Positions 53,501-64,000 of a stretch of 64,000 bases of DNA are shown here, in pieces. The notes beneath the pieces were generated by a model, which was given only the letters and a program-made list of their open reading frames with translations, ran no database searches and had not been told where the DNA came from. Source of the DNA: Antedon mediterranea (Eukaryota; Animalia; Echinodermata); assembly GCF_964355755.1 (NCBI RefSeq), contig NC_092675.1, positions 25,330,912 to 25,394,911 of the forward strand. Reading direction: 5' to 3'. Position 1 is the first letter of the stretch, and each line of letters begins with the position of its first letter. The translations under genes were made by a program, and so were the position numbers.

Positions 53501-54018
53501 TCAATCTGTTACTTACCACATAGCTAGACCTTGAGCATTGATATTTTAGCATAACAACACCTTTCAACAAAGACCTGTCATTAGTCTATTTTCTTTGTTC
53601 TCAATGTGGTTAATTAACTATTGCACTTTAATGTGTTTATACTGACAGTGTTACGATATAGTGGTGAGCTGTATTTATGTATAAATGTACTGGGTATAGC
53701 CTGTAGTTCTTTTCAACTAAACGATTGAAGAGTTTAATGCAAAGCTAAGTGGAATCGTTAAACTAGCTCCTTCCGATAGCATAGCATAATCCACCAGTAG
53801 CATGTGGCTAAAACTAGTCTGCTAAATTGTTCAGACTACATGTGTATACAGCAGGTTGGTACTGTTAATGATGTTGGTCAAAACATAGCATTCAGATTAA
53901 AATAAAAGAACATACTGTACTTACCTGAAATCTGGAAAGTGACGAGTATTGCAATGATAATAATATAAGTTTGTGAAGATGTACAAGTCTGTGAAATTAT
54001 TGCACTAAAAATAGCCAT
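20543..54018 (-). CDS. ADGRL: Latrophilin/Cirl-like adhesion GPCR L, complete CDS (~1127 aa; RBL lectin, Ser/Thr stalk, HRM, GAIN/GPS, 7TM, long C-tail)
   Basis: GT-AG exons with consistent phases: 54018-53925, 50192-49937, 44944-44823, 43609-43400, 42937-42806, 42304-42198, 41878-41687, 40293-40110, 39840-39679, 38492-38305, 37320-37268, 35913-35793, 35130-35027, 33956-33854, 33298-33145, 32236-32170, 30060-29994, 28746-28649, 25357-25189, 25070-24939, 24746-24650, 23289-22805, 20629-20543 (3384 nt in total). Motifs: ANYGRTD...[12 protein letters not shown] (RBL), [11 protein letters not shown] (HRM), CSFW...WSSEGC...[13 protein letters not shown] (GPS), [36 protein letters not shown]. The choice of terminal exon is an inference. 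Confidence 0.93.
21006..21126. mobile_element. Short inverted-repeat element (MITE-like) in the last latrophilin intron
   Basis: gtgtatacttactacattgagaacactttg vs caaggtgttctcaatgtactgagtatacac. Confidence 0.55.
22643..23289 (-). CDS. ADGRL: Large C-tail exon; its read-through form ends in ...YPLETLL*
   Basis: Phase-1 acceptor ttttcag|AAGCACCA matches the donor at 24650. The ORF stays open past an internal AAA|GTAAGT donor (22805) to a stop at 22643. Confidence 0.75.
26327..26356 (-). CDS. Candidate 30-nt microexon in latrophilin intracellular loop 3
   Basis: tttcaatcacag|TGTTGGAACCGATAGACTGGAGTATATTAT|gtaagt; symmetric phase 2, giving [21 protein letters not shown]. Confidence 0.7.
31247..32083. 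mobile_element. Non-autonomous Tc1/mariner (pogo/Tigger-like) element, 837 bp
   Basis: Perfect 27-bp TIRs CCGTATATTTCGGTGTATAAGTCGCAC, TA on both flanks and a subterminal repeat of gtataagacgcac. Confidence 0.9.
32283..32720 (-). mobile_element. 5'-truncated LINE 3' fragment (L2/Rex1-like)
   Basis: The minus strand reads ...[44 protein letters not shown], similar to the HPL...SG-R...R..SF.P C-terminus of CR1-group ORF2, and ends in a (TATTCTG)n tail. Confidence 0.6.
35793..37320 (-). CDS. ADGRL: Latrophilin exons 11-12: GPS autoproteolysis motif (HL|T) and Stachel TNFAIIM
   Basis: [50 protein letters not shown]; the catalytic H-L-T triad is intact. Confidence 0.93.
36290..36712. repeat. Cluster of (TA)n-anchored repeat fragments: partial copies of the 12666-12835 element and a ~100-bp tandem duplication
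   Basis: gaagggctagtgttgc...tgtatctccattgaga...cacagcattgt...tttgcctttggattta(TA)n at 36291-36412 and a second piece at 36638-36710. aacacaaca(a/g)gcaaagaacattaa...ccggtgatatactgaaattt occurs twice (36415, 36516). Confidence 0.7.
37899..38280 (-). mobile_element. 5'-truncated LINE 3' fragment (L2/Rex1-like) next to the exon 10 donor
   Basis: [52 protein letters not shown]...TNRFRFS, followed by a (TATCTTG)n tail. Confidence 0.7.
39075..39284 (-). mobile_element. 5S rRNA-derived SINE (SINE3-like) fragment
   Basis: The reverse complement of 39230-39284 (gggcctggttagagcttgaatgggagaccatccgggaatattgggtgctgta) matches the 3' half of 5S rRNA (internal control region) and is followed by a non-5S GC-rich body. 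Confidence 0.7.
44823..50192 (-). CDS. ADGRL: Latrophilin exons 2-3: furin-type RIKR site and rhamnose-binding/SUEL lectin domain
   Basis: [50 protein letters not shown]...[51 protein letters not shown]. Confidence 0.92.
46544..47382. mobile_element. PIF/Harbinger-like non-autonomous element, 839 bp
   Basis: TIRs GGCCC(C/T)GTTTCTGCTGCC, a 3-bp TSD AAA in a palindromic TCAC-AAA-GTGA site, and many subterminal ATATACCGTATAT repeats in both orientations. Confidence 0.8.
52995..53210. repeat. Low-complexity A-rich tract (AAAAC/AAAATG-like)
   Basis: Purine-rich degenerate repeats that generate the three overlapping Phe/Leu-rich ORFs on the minus strand. Confidence 0.7.
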
Positions 54019-54326
54019 TTTGGTAGATATCCAAGGAATCCAAATAAATAATTTAACAATAAGAAAACTTCCACCTTTAGCAGTATACCAGTGACAATGT
54101 TATATCGATGCTGCGTGTAATCCAAGGCATCATAGTTTATTATTCATCATAAGAGCAAAGCCAACATAGCGGTGGCAAGTGATCAATAATGTCCAAGTAG
54201 ATTCTTGTGCAAAGATTATCTTGTGTTAGCCCTCAAGCCGTTGAGCTTTTCTGCATCAGGAAACTTAAATCCCACTCAGAAATCAGTAAAAACTACTGGC
54301 AAGTGACAAAGGCTTGACCTTATGAC
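54019..54326 (-). promoter_or_regulatory. 5'UTR part of the first coding exon of latrophilin, with four short uORFs
   Basis: Acceptor ctttctttttcatcgtcag| at 54327; uORFs MQKSSTA*, MLALLL*, MMNNKL* and MMPWITRSIDITLSLVYC* precede the main ATG (AAAATGG). Confidence 0.55.
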
Positions 54327-56512
54327 CTGACGATGAAAAAGAAAGTCTCACATTACAAAATGATAGAAAATATATGAAATCTGCAAGTTGTTGTTAAGCT
54401 CATGGTTATTCTTTCTCCGCAATATAGTTCTATAGATAAATAATACAATAAAATACAATACATTTTTACACTACTATTCTATTCAATAAAATTCATCTCA
54501 TTCAAATCAATTTTTATTGTTTAAAGAAAAATTATCATCATACATTATTGTACAACCAACCAAAAGAACATTTCTTTGCTACAATATACATACGATACCA
54601 TAGTAACTGATAAATAAAAAATAACATCAATACAATAGCTTCATTTTCCTATAGAATTAAATCATAAAAAAATGGTTAATGGTAAATCATGGTTTGTTAA
54701 CAAACAAATTTAAAAAAAAAAAAAACTTTATTGACGCTGGGAAACCCACGATTCTATGTTTTATGACAAAGATACTAGGGATGTAGGGTTTTGGAGATTG
54801 ATTTACAGACAGCTAGTTCAATGAAGAGTACAAATACAATACTTTGGTAAATAAAACCAAAATATTGACAGAATAAATGAATGAATGAATGCACTATACA
54901 ATTTCATGCATCATCTGTCCACAGAAAGCGTCTGAAGTGAAAATATGAAACTTGGTCAATCAATAGATTAAAGCAATAAAAACAATGGAACAGCTTTAGA
55001 ATATGGACTTATCAACCTGACTGTAGAAGCACAGCCTTATTTTATATTACTAGTTATATAATATAAACCATGTCAGAATTTGTAATATCGCTGTTAATGT
55101 TGTCACAATCGCATGGCAATGAACAAACTAACAACTCAGCAGCTGGATAAACTGCCTTTTTGACGTCAACATCAATCGTCAAACGATTTTGATTATTTAG
55201 ATATACAAACTTGCCGAGAGAATTTTACATTGTAAACTTTCAAGTTATTGATCACTTCAGAAAATTAGAAAATGAACATTGTGTAATTGTAACCTAAAAA
55301 TATCTATGCGTTTTAATAAAGTGAACAGCAAAGCACAAAGTAGAGTAGTAGATCGTGATTGAATCAAGGTTGCAGTCATTATAAAGGATAAGTGCTTCGT
55401 TTGTTCACAAACTAAAACAAAAATTAGATAACTAGTCAAATATACTAATATCTATAACAGAGGTAGACTGAAAAGGTTCAACTTTGTCATTTTTAATGAT
55501 TTAACTTTTAAAAAGGAACAAAATAACTGTGACATCCTAATATTAGGTTTTAGAAACAAGTACTTACAGGAAAAATGCAAATACAGGTAAATTTATTATT
55601 ATAGGGTCAATACATGCATGTTTTTAATTTCAATAATCACAAGCTTATTTACAGTATCAAGGATATGATATCGTAAACAATGACCTGAAATACAGTATGA
55701 CAACCTAAACAGAATTTGGATGTATTTAAAATCTACATGTGAAGGTAATCAGAAGAACCTTTAAGTTTCAATTAAGTTCATTAACTATAAATACTTAGAT
55801 CAATAAGCCAATTCATCAATGTTCCTATGTTATAGAAGGAAGCAATAAATAATATTTACTAATACATCAACTAAGGCATGTGTTCAATGACGTCAAACTT
55901 AACAAAATACTGTTTAATAAATAATAGGGGAAGACTAATTCTTAGCTAACAGACAGTTGGGAATTTTACAGGGATGCAATCAAGAACATCAATTACACAT
56001 AGCTCAATGCTATACAGTTTCAGGCCCTAATTGGTAAAACTACAGAATATATATGTAGGCTTATAAATCATTCACTATCCAACTCCTCTGGGTCAAGTCC
56101 CCCACTGAAGGCAGTAGAATGAGAGGCTGTCCATTAACTTCCAAGGATGTATCAGTGTCATATGAAGCACATACACACTCTATACAACACCTTCTTCGTG
56201 TTTTACACCCACTGGCATTGTATAAGATGTATTCAAGGACATCATATTATCTTTTATTATAAATCAAGAAGTATAACATCTTGCATCATATATCTCATCT
56301 TATATCCATTAAAATAGACAGTTATATCGATTTATAAAAGATTACATGTGTGCTATATAAAAAAGTAAAAAATCTATCATATCATTGATGATACCTTTGT
56401 TCAATCACTTTTGGGTGCACAGCCATATTCTAAAGATAGCTTCATCCCATAATACAATGAATGCACTTCAATAAAAAATGGCTCATGGTACATAAATAAA
56501 TCATACGTTAAA

Positions 56513-57085
56513 CATACTTGGTCCCCGAGTTTATCCAAAGCACAATCTGACCAAATCGAACATGTCCAAAGAAGAGCGTGTAACATAATATGCCCCGATG
56601 GTACCTCGTATGCTGATACCTGCAGATACCTTAACATCATCACTCTATCTGAACGCCGCGAGAAGTTGTCAAGAAAATTCTTTGATAAAATGAAAAAAGA
56701 AGATCATATATTACACTCTCTCTTACCTAAACCTCCCACACACAACCATCAGCTCCGACGCGTTAGATCGTTCACCCTCCCCAAAGTCCGGACACAACGC
56801 ACAAAAAACTTCATTACTTTCCACAGAGTTTTCAATGATTGGTGAATGATCAGTAACTGAGTTATGATAAGCAAATTGTGAACCCCTATTGGTTTGTGTT
56901 ACTGTACTGTACTATGATGGCCATTGAAAGACTGATTTGTGGACTATGATTTATTTTAGTATTACTTGTTTGGACTGTGTTATATTATGTGTTTACATAT
57001 TTACTATTATATTTATGTCAACTTCATCACTGCTTACTTGATGCAATAAAGGAAATAAATAAATAAATAATAAATAATAAATAAA
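56513..57085 (+). mobile_element. 5'-truncated CR1/L2-group LINE with ORF2 C-terminus, 3'UTR and (AATA)n tail
   Basis: Open frame WSPSLSKAQSDQIEHVQRRACNIICPDGTSYADTCRYLNIITLSERREKLSRKFFDKMKKEDHILHSLLPKP...PKVRTQRTKNF (stop ~56845); tail aataaataaataaataataaataataa. Confidence 0.88.
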
Positions 57086-60000
57086 CACTAATAATGGACT
57101 TAATTGATAGGTGGCATGGTAACACCTTAATATTAAGTAAAAAAACAAAAAAACATCTTTGCCTGGAACTGGTCCAAACTTTGGAGGATAACATCACCAC
57201 ACTAATCTTGTCCTCACTGATGATAGTCCCTGGTGTCCAAGCTAGCTAGTTAAATGGTATCTATTCATTCAAGGTTAGTATGCCTGGTGTTATGAAATGT
57301 TACAAAATTACATTATGGATATTATATTAGAAAACCATCCATGGATGCAATTTAGCTGATAAGTATTAAATGGAAATGCATTAAAACCACGCAATTTACC
57401 CCCAGTTTACTGAAAGGTTGAAGGACATATCTGTTCATTACATTGCATAAAAATACAATATGGTAAATATTATGCAACTAAACATTTGTCAATACTGTAG
57501 TGATTTTTACAGTGATAGGTACTGTAGCTAACTGCATACATCATCCATTTATGGATATTAACTCACAGTTATTATCGGGGATGACACCCTATTTTATCTA
57601 AAAAAAACAGGATACAAAGATATCACATACAAATGATTATTCGATACAATCTTTTTTGTTTTACTTTTTGCATTTAAATGAAGAATGGCAAATTATACAT
57701 AACATGCAGTAACATAATCCATTATAAAAACTTGTATCAGTCATACACTAATAAAATACTTTTAGAATGTCTTTTTAAATTAATATCCCCAATTCACCTG
57801 TAAAAGGTGGTTCAATAACAGGTTAAACATTCCAAGGATAGAAAGGTGCTATATAAATATGACACCTCTATATAATATTATAATATATATTGCATGATAT
57901 AATGTTAGTTTGATTCCCAATGGCATAAACCAGAATATATTTCCTTTTTGACAACAAAACTCTATGTATTACATATTTTTCAGCTCAGCTAATAAACTTG
58001 TTTTATGAGATACAAGTTTTATTTTATTACTAGAGTACACCAGTAATTTGTTAGTAACAAATGGTGAATAGGAAGAATGTCTTTATTTTAAGTTATGGTA
58101 AACACCTTCATTTTCATTTTCAATATTTAACAATCTAAAATTAAATACTAATACAGTAATAAGATAAGATAAAATAAGATAAGATTTATAAAGCGCACAT
58201 ATCCACAAAGTGCTTAAGGCGCTTGTGAAAACCATGAAAAATACTAACTTGAAACTAAAAAAAAAAAATAAATAGGTACCATACTGTAAATTTCAGATAT
58301 TTTCATACATCTTTTACATTACAACATTTTCCTTATTATCTGCATCTTGTTACTGTCATTGCACAATGACAGATAGCAATTTAATGTACAATATCTGACA
58401 CACTGTAACTATATAGATTACTAATTTATGGAAATCACAGTCATCATAATACTCAAGTTCAACAACGCTTTATCCAGATTAAAAACAATCAAAATGAAAT
58501 GTTACTCATTGAAATGTAGGTCGAAAATAAAACTACAGATAATAAATTTGTAGTTCTGTAGTTATTCATGTACTAGGATAGCTGTAATTAATCAAAATAT
58601 ATCCAATATATAATAGAAACAAGTTGATATTAAAAAAAACTTTTCATCTTTTATTACAAAGAAAAACTGAAATCAAAGTAAATTTCTTTTTAGTATAACA
58701 CTAAAGTACATGATGTGCTACATGAACAACTAAACAGAAAATAAATTAAATTAATAAATTCTCTGATTATCCCACTCATTATTTGGAATAAGTTTGATAC
58801 TAAATTAAATTAATTTTACCAATCTAGGGTTAGACAGCTTCTGGCCATAAATTCTATTTACAAATTTGCAAATTAAAAATATATTTATCGTTACATGTTG
58901 ATTAACACGATAATAAATTTGTGCTTGGTACAGGTGGTTTATCAACAAACAAAATATATTTGCCTACGGTTAGAAATACCAGTGCACGTATTATTAATAC
59001 AAGTTATTAAATAACTTATGAAGGCCACATCAAACTAACGAAAACAAATTGGAAAAAAACCACAGGATTTTATTTTTAAAGGTAGAATTTTAAAAGCAAC
59101 CATGTGGAATATACACATAAAGGCTATGCTCTAGGGTGAATTGAAAAGAAGACCAATTTCCCACAGATGTTTAGGTAGTTTAACAATAGGTGATCATGTT
59201 ATTATGGTAAGTATACAGACTTACAGTAATAATATTAATAATGTAAAATTACTACCATTTACCTGAACCTATCATTGGCTCTTTACATTAATAGGAATGA
59301 ATTTTAAAAAGCAAAGGATTCTTATTTGAACTAACTGCACATTGAAATACAACTATACATTACTGTATGTTTTACATAAACATAACATACAAAAATTATC
59401 TTCCCACATATTACCTTTTATTGTGAGTTTGTATATAATGAATGTATGTCATCTTCACACTTATTACTGTGCCATTTATTGTAAGCTTGTAATGTCTGAC
59501 ATCTTTAACATTTGTTAACAGTCTTTTCCAACAAATTAGGACCAATCCATTGGGTCCCAAAAAGGTAATTTGTTTATTTAACTTGAGAATTTTATTATGA
59601 CTAAATGTATATATTGGACCAGTAATTTCAATATAAATATTAAAGACTAGCTAATAGGAATTTTACCAGATATTGTTTAAACTATACTGTATTTCAGGAC
59701 ATGGAATTAGAATCCAGTCTTTCCCACATGAACATATCACAAGTAAATGACAGAAATATTCTTTCATTTGTTGATATTTTGGTGTCACAATCTTTATGTT
59801 AAAAGGCAAACTGGTATTTGTACAAGCATGAGCAAACTTACCAATATCCGCCATTCAAATTTTCCCAATATTTGTTTAATAACTGCTGCAGTCAAATGCT
59901 ATAACATCCATGCTTCAGTAGCTTATCATATTAAATCATAACTAATAATATATGAAGTTGATTACTTAATGTTTATAACAGGTTGCTGTTAGTGCGACTG

Positions 60001-63000
60001 ATGACTCTTAACCACCAACGCATCCTTAGTTTGTATAGCTTATCGTTAGTAGTACACTCTGCCTCACTTCAGCTGATAGAAATATCGCTATGGCGCTCTG
60101 CACACAATGAGAAGCGATATGGCTGAGTGACCACATTGAAAGGGTTCGTTATAACAAATGAACGGCTTTGTCAATGGATCTTTAGCACCATTAAAACCAA
60201 ATAGTATAAAGAAAAAGAAAATCTGCTATAATGTTTTTCGATCCTGTCATTTAAATATTATAAACAAGTTATTATCGAAAATCTAATGATGATGATCCAT
60301 TGCAAACAACAAAATGGAAAAAAAGTGTCACCAAATAAAATTTAAAACAAATCCTGTTGCTGGTGTGTGAACAAAAAGAAGTATTAAGATAAATCTAATT
60401 AAAGAATTGATGGATTTGGATTTATATTAATACATATTTCAATTTTAATTTACTATAAATTGATCATGAATAATTGAAATTACGGTTAGCTGAATTTTAA
60501 TTGTAGTAAAAAATATTCAATAATTAGGATACCTATATGTGTGATATGATTGGGCGCTTTAAAATATTAAATCTACGGTACTCCAAATGTGACTAAAACA
60601 GAATGAAAGTAAATAGTAACAAAGGAATACAAAAACTAATGACATTGAGAAAAGATAGAAGATTATGACAGACCAAAGTGGTATGTCATTGTTGTTTTAA
60701 TAGTGTGAATGTAAAACTAAATTGGCTGTTTAAAAATTGAGTGAATTCAGCTACGGAACAATGAACAACTTTAGGTACCGGTAATTGGAAAAAAAGTATA
60801 TGTGTTTTAAAAGCATTGTTGGGACAACTGCTTTAATAGGTTTATCTATTTAAATCAATGTTTAATTTGAACTACTATTGTTGCATTTACCATAGTATTA
60901 TTACGGCAAAAGAACTCCAAAAAAACTAATTAGAAAATTTAAATTATCTATAAATCTAGCCACACAATTTTTATGGCAACTCTTAATACAATATTTTAAT
61001 TTCCAAATTATACACAGAATATTTTGATTTTCGATCATTATGTCCATAGAGGAAAGAATAATTCCGTCTGATCAAAATCTGTATTTATCTATTATCTAAC
61101 TAATCCATGACAGCCTAGGGTAATGGTACTCTACTCATTAATCTTATATACCACATTTTCAATCATCCCTATTTAAAAAAAATGTCATAAGAATGCATTT
61201 TTCGTTCATATTTTTTTATTTTAAAAGCAATTTTAATTTAGATACAGTATAGAGCGTTTTTGGAGCATATGATCTAAGATGATTAAAGATAAGTTGTTCT
61301 CTTTAATTGAGTATGTTTACATTGCTTCTTTGGCCTTTATATTAGTAAAGCTATTTCACCTGATTAAAATAGCAAGAGTCGGTATAACAAAGGCTGATAA
61401 CTCATTGAATTTAAATCTTAATACAAAAGACAAACTACAAACAAGTTCACGGTTTGTGTATTTAAAACCAATAAATAAACTGTAGCTAACACAATTGTAT
61501 CTTTTAATCAAATCTCAATACTGACTGTACTTATAGTTTTTATGTCCAAAATAAATGTTATCGTACATAATTACTAAAATTACAAATTAATAATATAGTT
61601 TAATACGATTAAGATCATCTGAATCTGGGTCTTGATTATATCAACCAACATATTACAATTACTGTACAGTATAAACGTATTGACTGTTATGACAGTGACA
61701 GTAAACAACTACCAGTACGCCTTATATAGAGTAAAGAATGCGAAAATAAAAGTTGGCACAGTTAAGATTCTGCTATGCAGACACCCACCATTTAGACCAT
61801 AGTTGTTCAGGGCTTCATTCCGGCAGATACTCCTGATTAAAAGATTCCTTCATAAATCTAGTGACCAACTTGTATAAACAGAAATTTGTCTTGATAAACA
61901 TAATATAGTTTTATTGCCTTTCAAAATTCAGGTCACTTTCAAATAATGTCTATAAATAATGAACTAGCTTAAGCAGACTTTATATAACAAATTCTGAAAA
62001 GGGTTTTTTCAAAAAAACATACTGGTCATGACAGTTATTGTAGGGAGGCTTTACCCATATTGTTTTAAAATATTCTATCACTAAAATTAAAATCTATAGG
62101 ATTCGAAAAATAGATAATTTGGTCATTCCTTCATAGATCATATGAGAGGTTGCCAGGAAGTTAGTTTCGCTTGCGATTCACAGTTCAGTGTATGAAAACT
62201 GTTTAAGATACACTGTACAGACAACTGGGTTGACCTATGTTTAACAAGGCACAAAACAAACCTACCAAGATATAAATGACTTATAATCATTATTATTTAA
62301 TCAATCAATCAATCAATAAAATATTATGGCAATGTATATGAACTCCTACTTGGTGTCTGTTGTCAACACACTAAGAAGTCACATTTTTAGTTTTTGCAAA
62401 GTCATACAATGGTAAAAATTAAATTAATTACAAAAGAACACTCATGCAATCCATCCTTTTAATAACACACAAAAGAACGCAACATCAATCAACAAAATAA
62501 TATTAAATAATTATATATACAATTAAATTAAATGGCATAATTAATAAATCAAATATCAATTGATTATTTGATGAGCGATATTATTTTGTACCTACACATT
62601 AATGAATCAAACACTTTTTTAATATGACCCCCAGATATAATTTGAATGTTATATTATTTATAATTTGTTGTTATAAGATGGTTCAGTTGAACTTATAATA
62701 TAAACACACAAAGTACAGTGACCAATATAAAGATAGATTACAGGTTATGTGCCACAAATATTTCAACTGTAGAAATTTAAACAAAATCAAGAAATTTGGA
62801 AAAGAAAAGAAATACTCACTATTAATATATTTATTTTTTTTTTAAATCCTGGTACGGGATGTGATCGTGATTCCCAAAAAATGTTGACATCTGTTGGGAT
62901 CCTGACGGCGATATTTTAGACCAAAAAAAATCCTAACCAAAAATCAAAGAAAATCCCGGTAATCAGGATTCCCAAAAAATCGGGACATCAGCCAGGATCC

Positions 63001-64000
63001 CGAAATTTTCAAAAATCTTTTTGAAAGCACACTATATAATGCTCTTGTGTTCATTGTATTTGGACACTAATGCTTAATGCTCTTATAAAATGCATTCTTT
63101 TAAATATAGAGCATTACTTTGGAGTTCAAATAATATGAAAATCACTCCACAACTAAAACATTAGCAGGCCAAAACCATTCAACTTCCTCACACACGTTTT
63201 AATTAGAGTAGGAAATAGAATTAAGATAGCTACTTTAACATCAATTAGACAGATAAATGCAAGACAAGATGACTAGGATGCTTTTATCTATGTTAAAGAT
63301 TTTGATACTTGTTCAGGTAATAAATATTGTGTAGTTTATTTTAGAAAGTAAAGTAAAATTAGTTTAAAACAATTAAAGTATAAAGTTCCTTACATAGAAT
63401 GTATAAGCTGGGAAACTGATGTTACTGTTACTGTGTTATTATTATTATTATAGCTTTTATGTTTTTTTACTTGCCCGTGGAAAAGAATTCCCATTTTAGT
63501 GAATAGCAGACCATGGGCATACCTTGAGAACAAAACACTGAAATATATTCATCTAATTTCTTTTCAAAAATTATGAATATGTGTACATTTAACAGCAACA
63601 TTAAAAGGAAAGAAATTGAAATTGATTAAACTCCATGAGACCACTTAGGTAGGGGTAGAGAATCATTTGACAGCTTGTGGAGGCATAAGCTTTGATTTCC
63701 TTATTAATCCAAGCATGGCCCTGATGGGTAATTACCCGATTAAATGACATCCTAAATATAAGATCTCATTGGATCCCTAAAATGACATTATCAACCTAAA
63801 CTCTCCTTATTTTCTTGAAAATGTGTTTGGTGAAACTTTTTGGAAAATGTTTGAAAAATGCTTTTTTCCACTCAATGTTAAATGTAATGTTTACATTACA
63901 GTACATTTAGTAGCTTAATATTACATCTAATTTAATTGTCATTAAGTACATATGTTGAGTTAATTAAAAACCACTGTACTATCACAAAATAGTTTATGTT

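Noticed and set aside
59997-60010. CTGATGA as a second hammerhead core
   Set aside because: No stem II followed by GAAA at the right spacing.
62850-63015. Cluster of GGGAT/ATCCC motifs
   Set aside because: Probably decayed subterminal repeats of a DNA transposon, but no termini or TSD could be defined.

Overview
AT-rich, intron-rich animal (invertebrate) genomic DNA. Most ORFs in the supplied track are either spurious or fragments of exons. I can reconstruct three protein-coding genes by hand from GT-AG splice sites and reading-frame continuity. (1) The 3' end (TM4 to C-tail) of an adhesion GPCR on + (344-2655). (2) A small four-exon gene on + (CDS 6188-7154) encoding a 68-aa secreted single-ShKT-domain peptide that the ORF track does not assemble. 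(3) A complete latrophilin/Cirl-type adhesion GPCR on - (54018-20543, 23 core coding exons, about 1127 aa: signal peptide, RBL lectin, Ser/Thr stalk, HRM, GAIN/GPS, 7TM, no olfactomedin domain). It carries candidate cassette exons in intracellular loop 3, several alternative C-termini and a chain of uORFs. Between genes 2 and 3 (8.6-17.8 kb) lies a four-level nest of DNA transposons: a palindromic MITE, a MULE-like element with a 10-bp TSD, a Zator-like element with a transposase remnant, and a TA-flanked fold-back element holding two oppositely oriented 106-bp satellite arrays. A hammerhead-ribozyme-like motif and a DINE-1/Helentron-like element sit at its core. Introns also contain pogo-like and Harbinger-like MITEs, LINE 3' fragments and a 5S-derived SINE. 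Family assignments come from motif recall, not from database searches.
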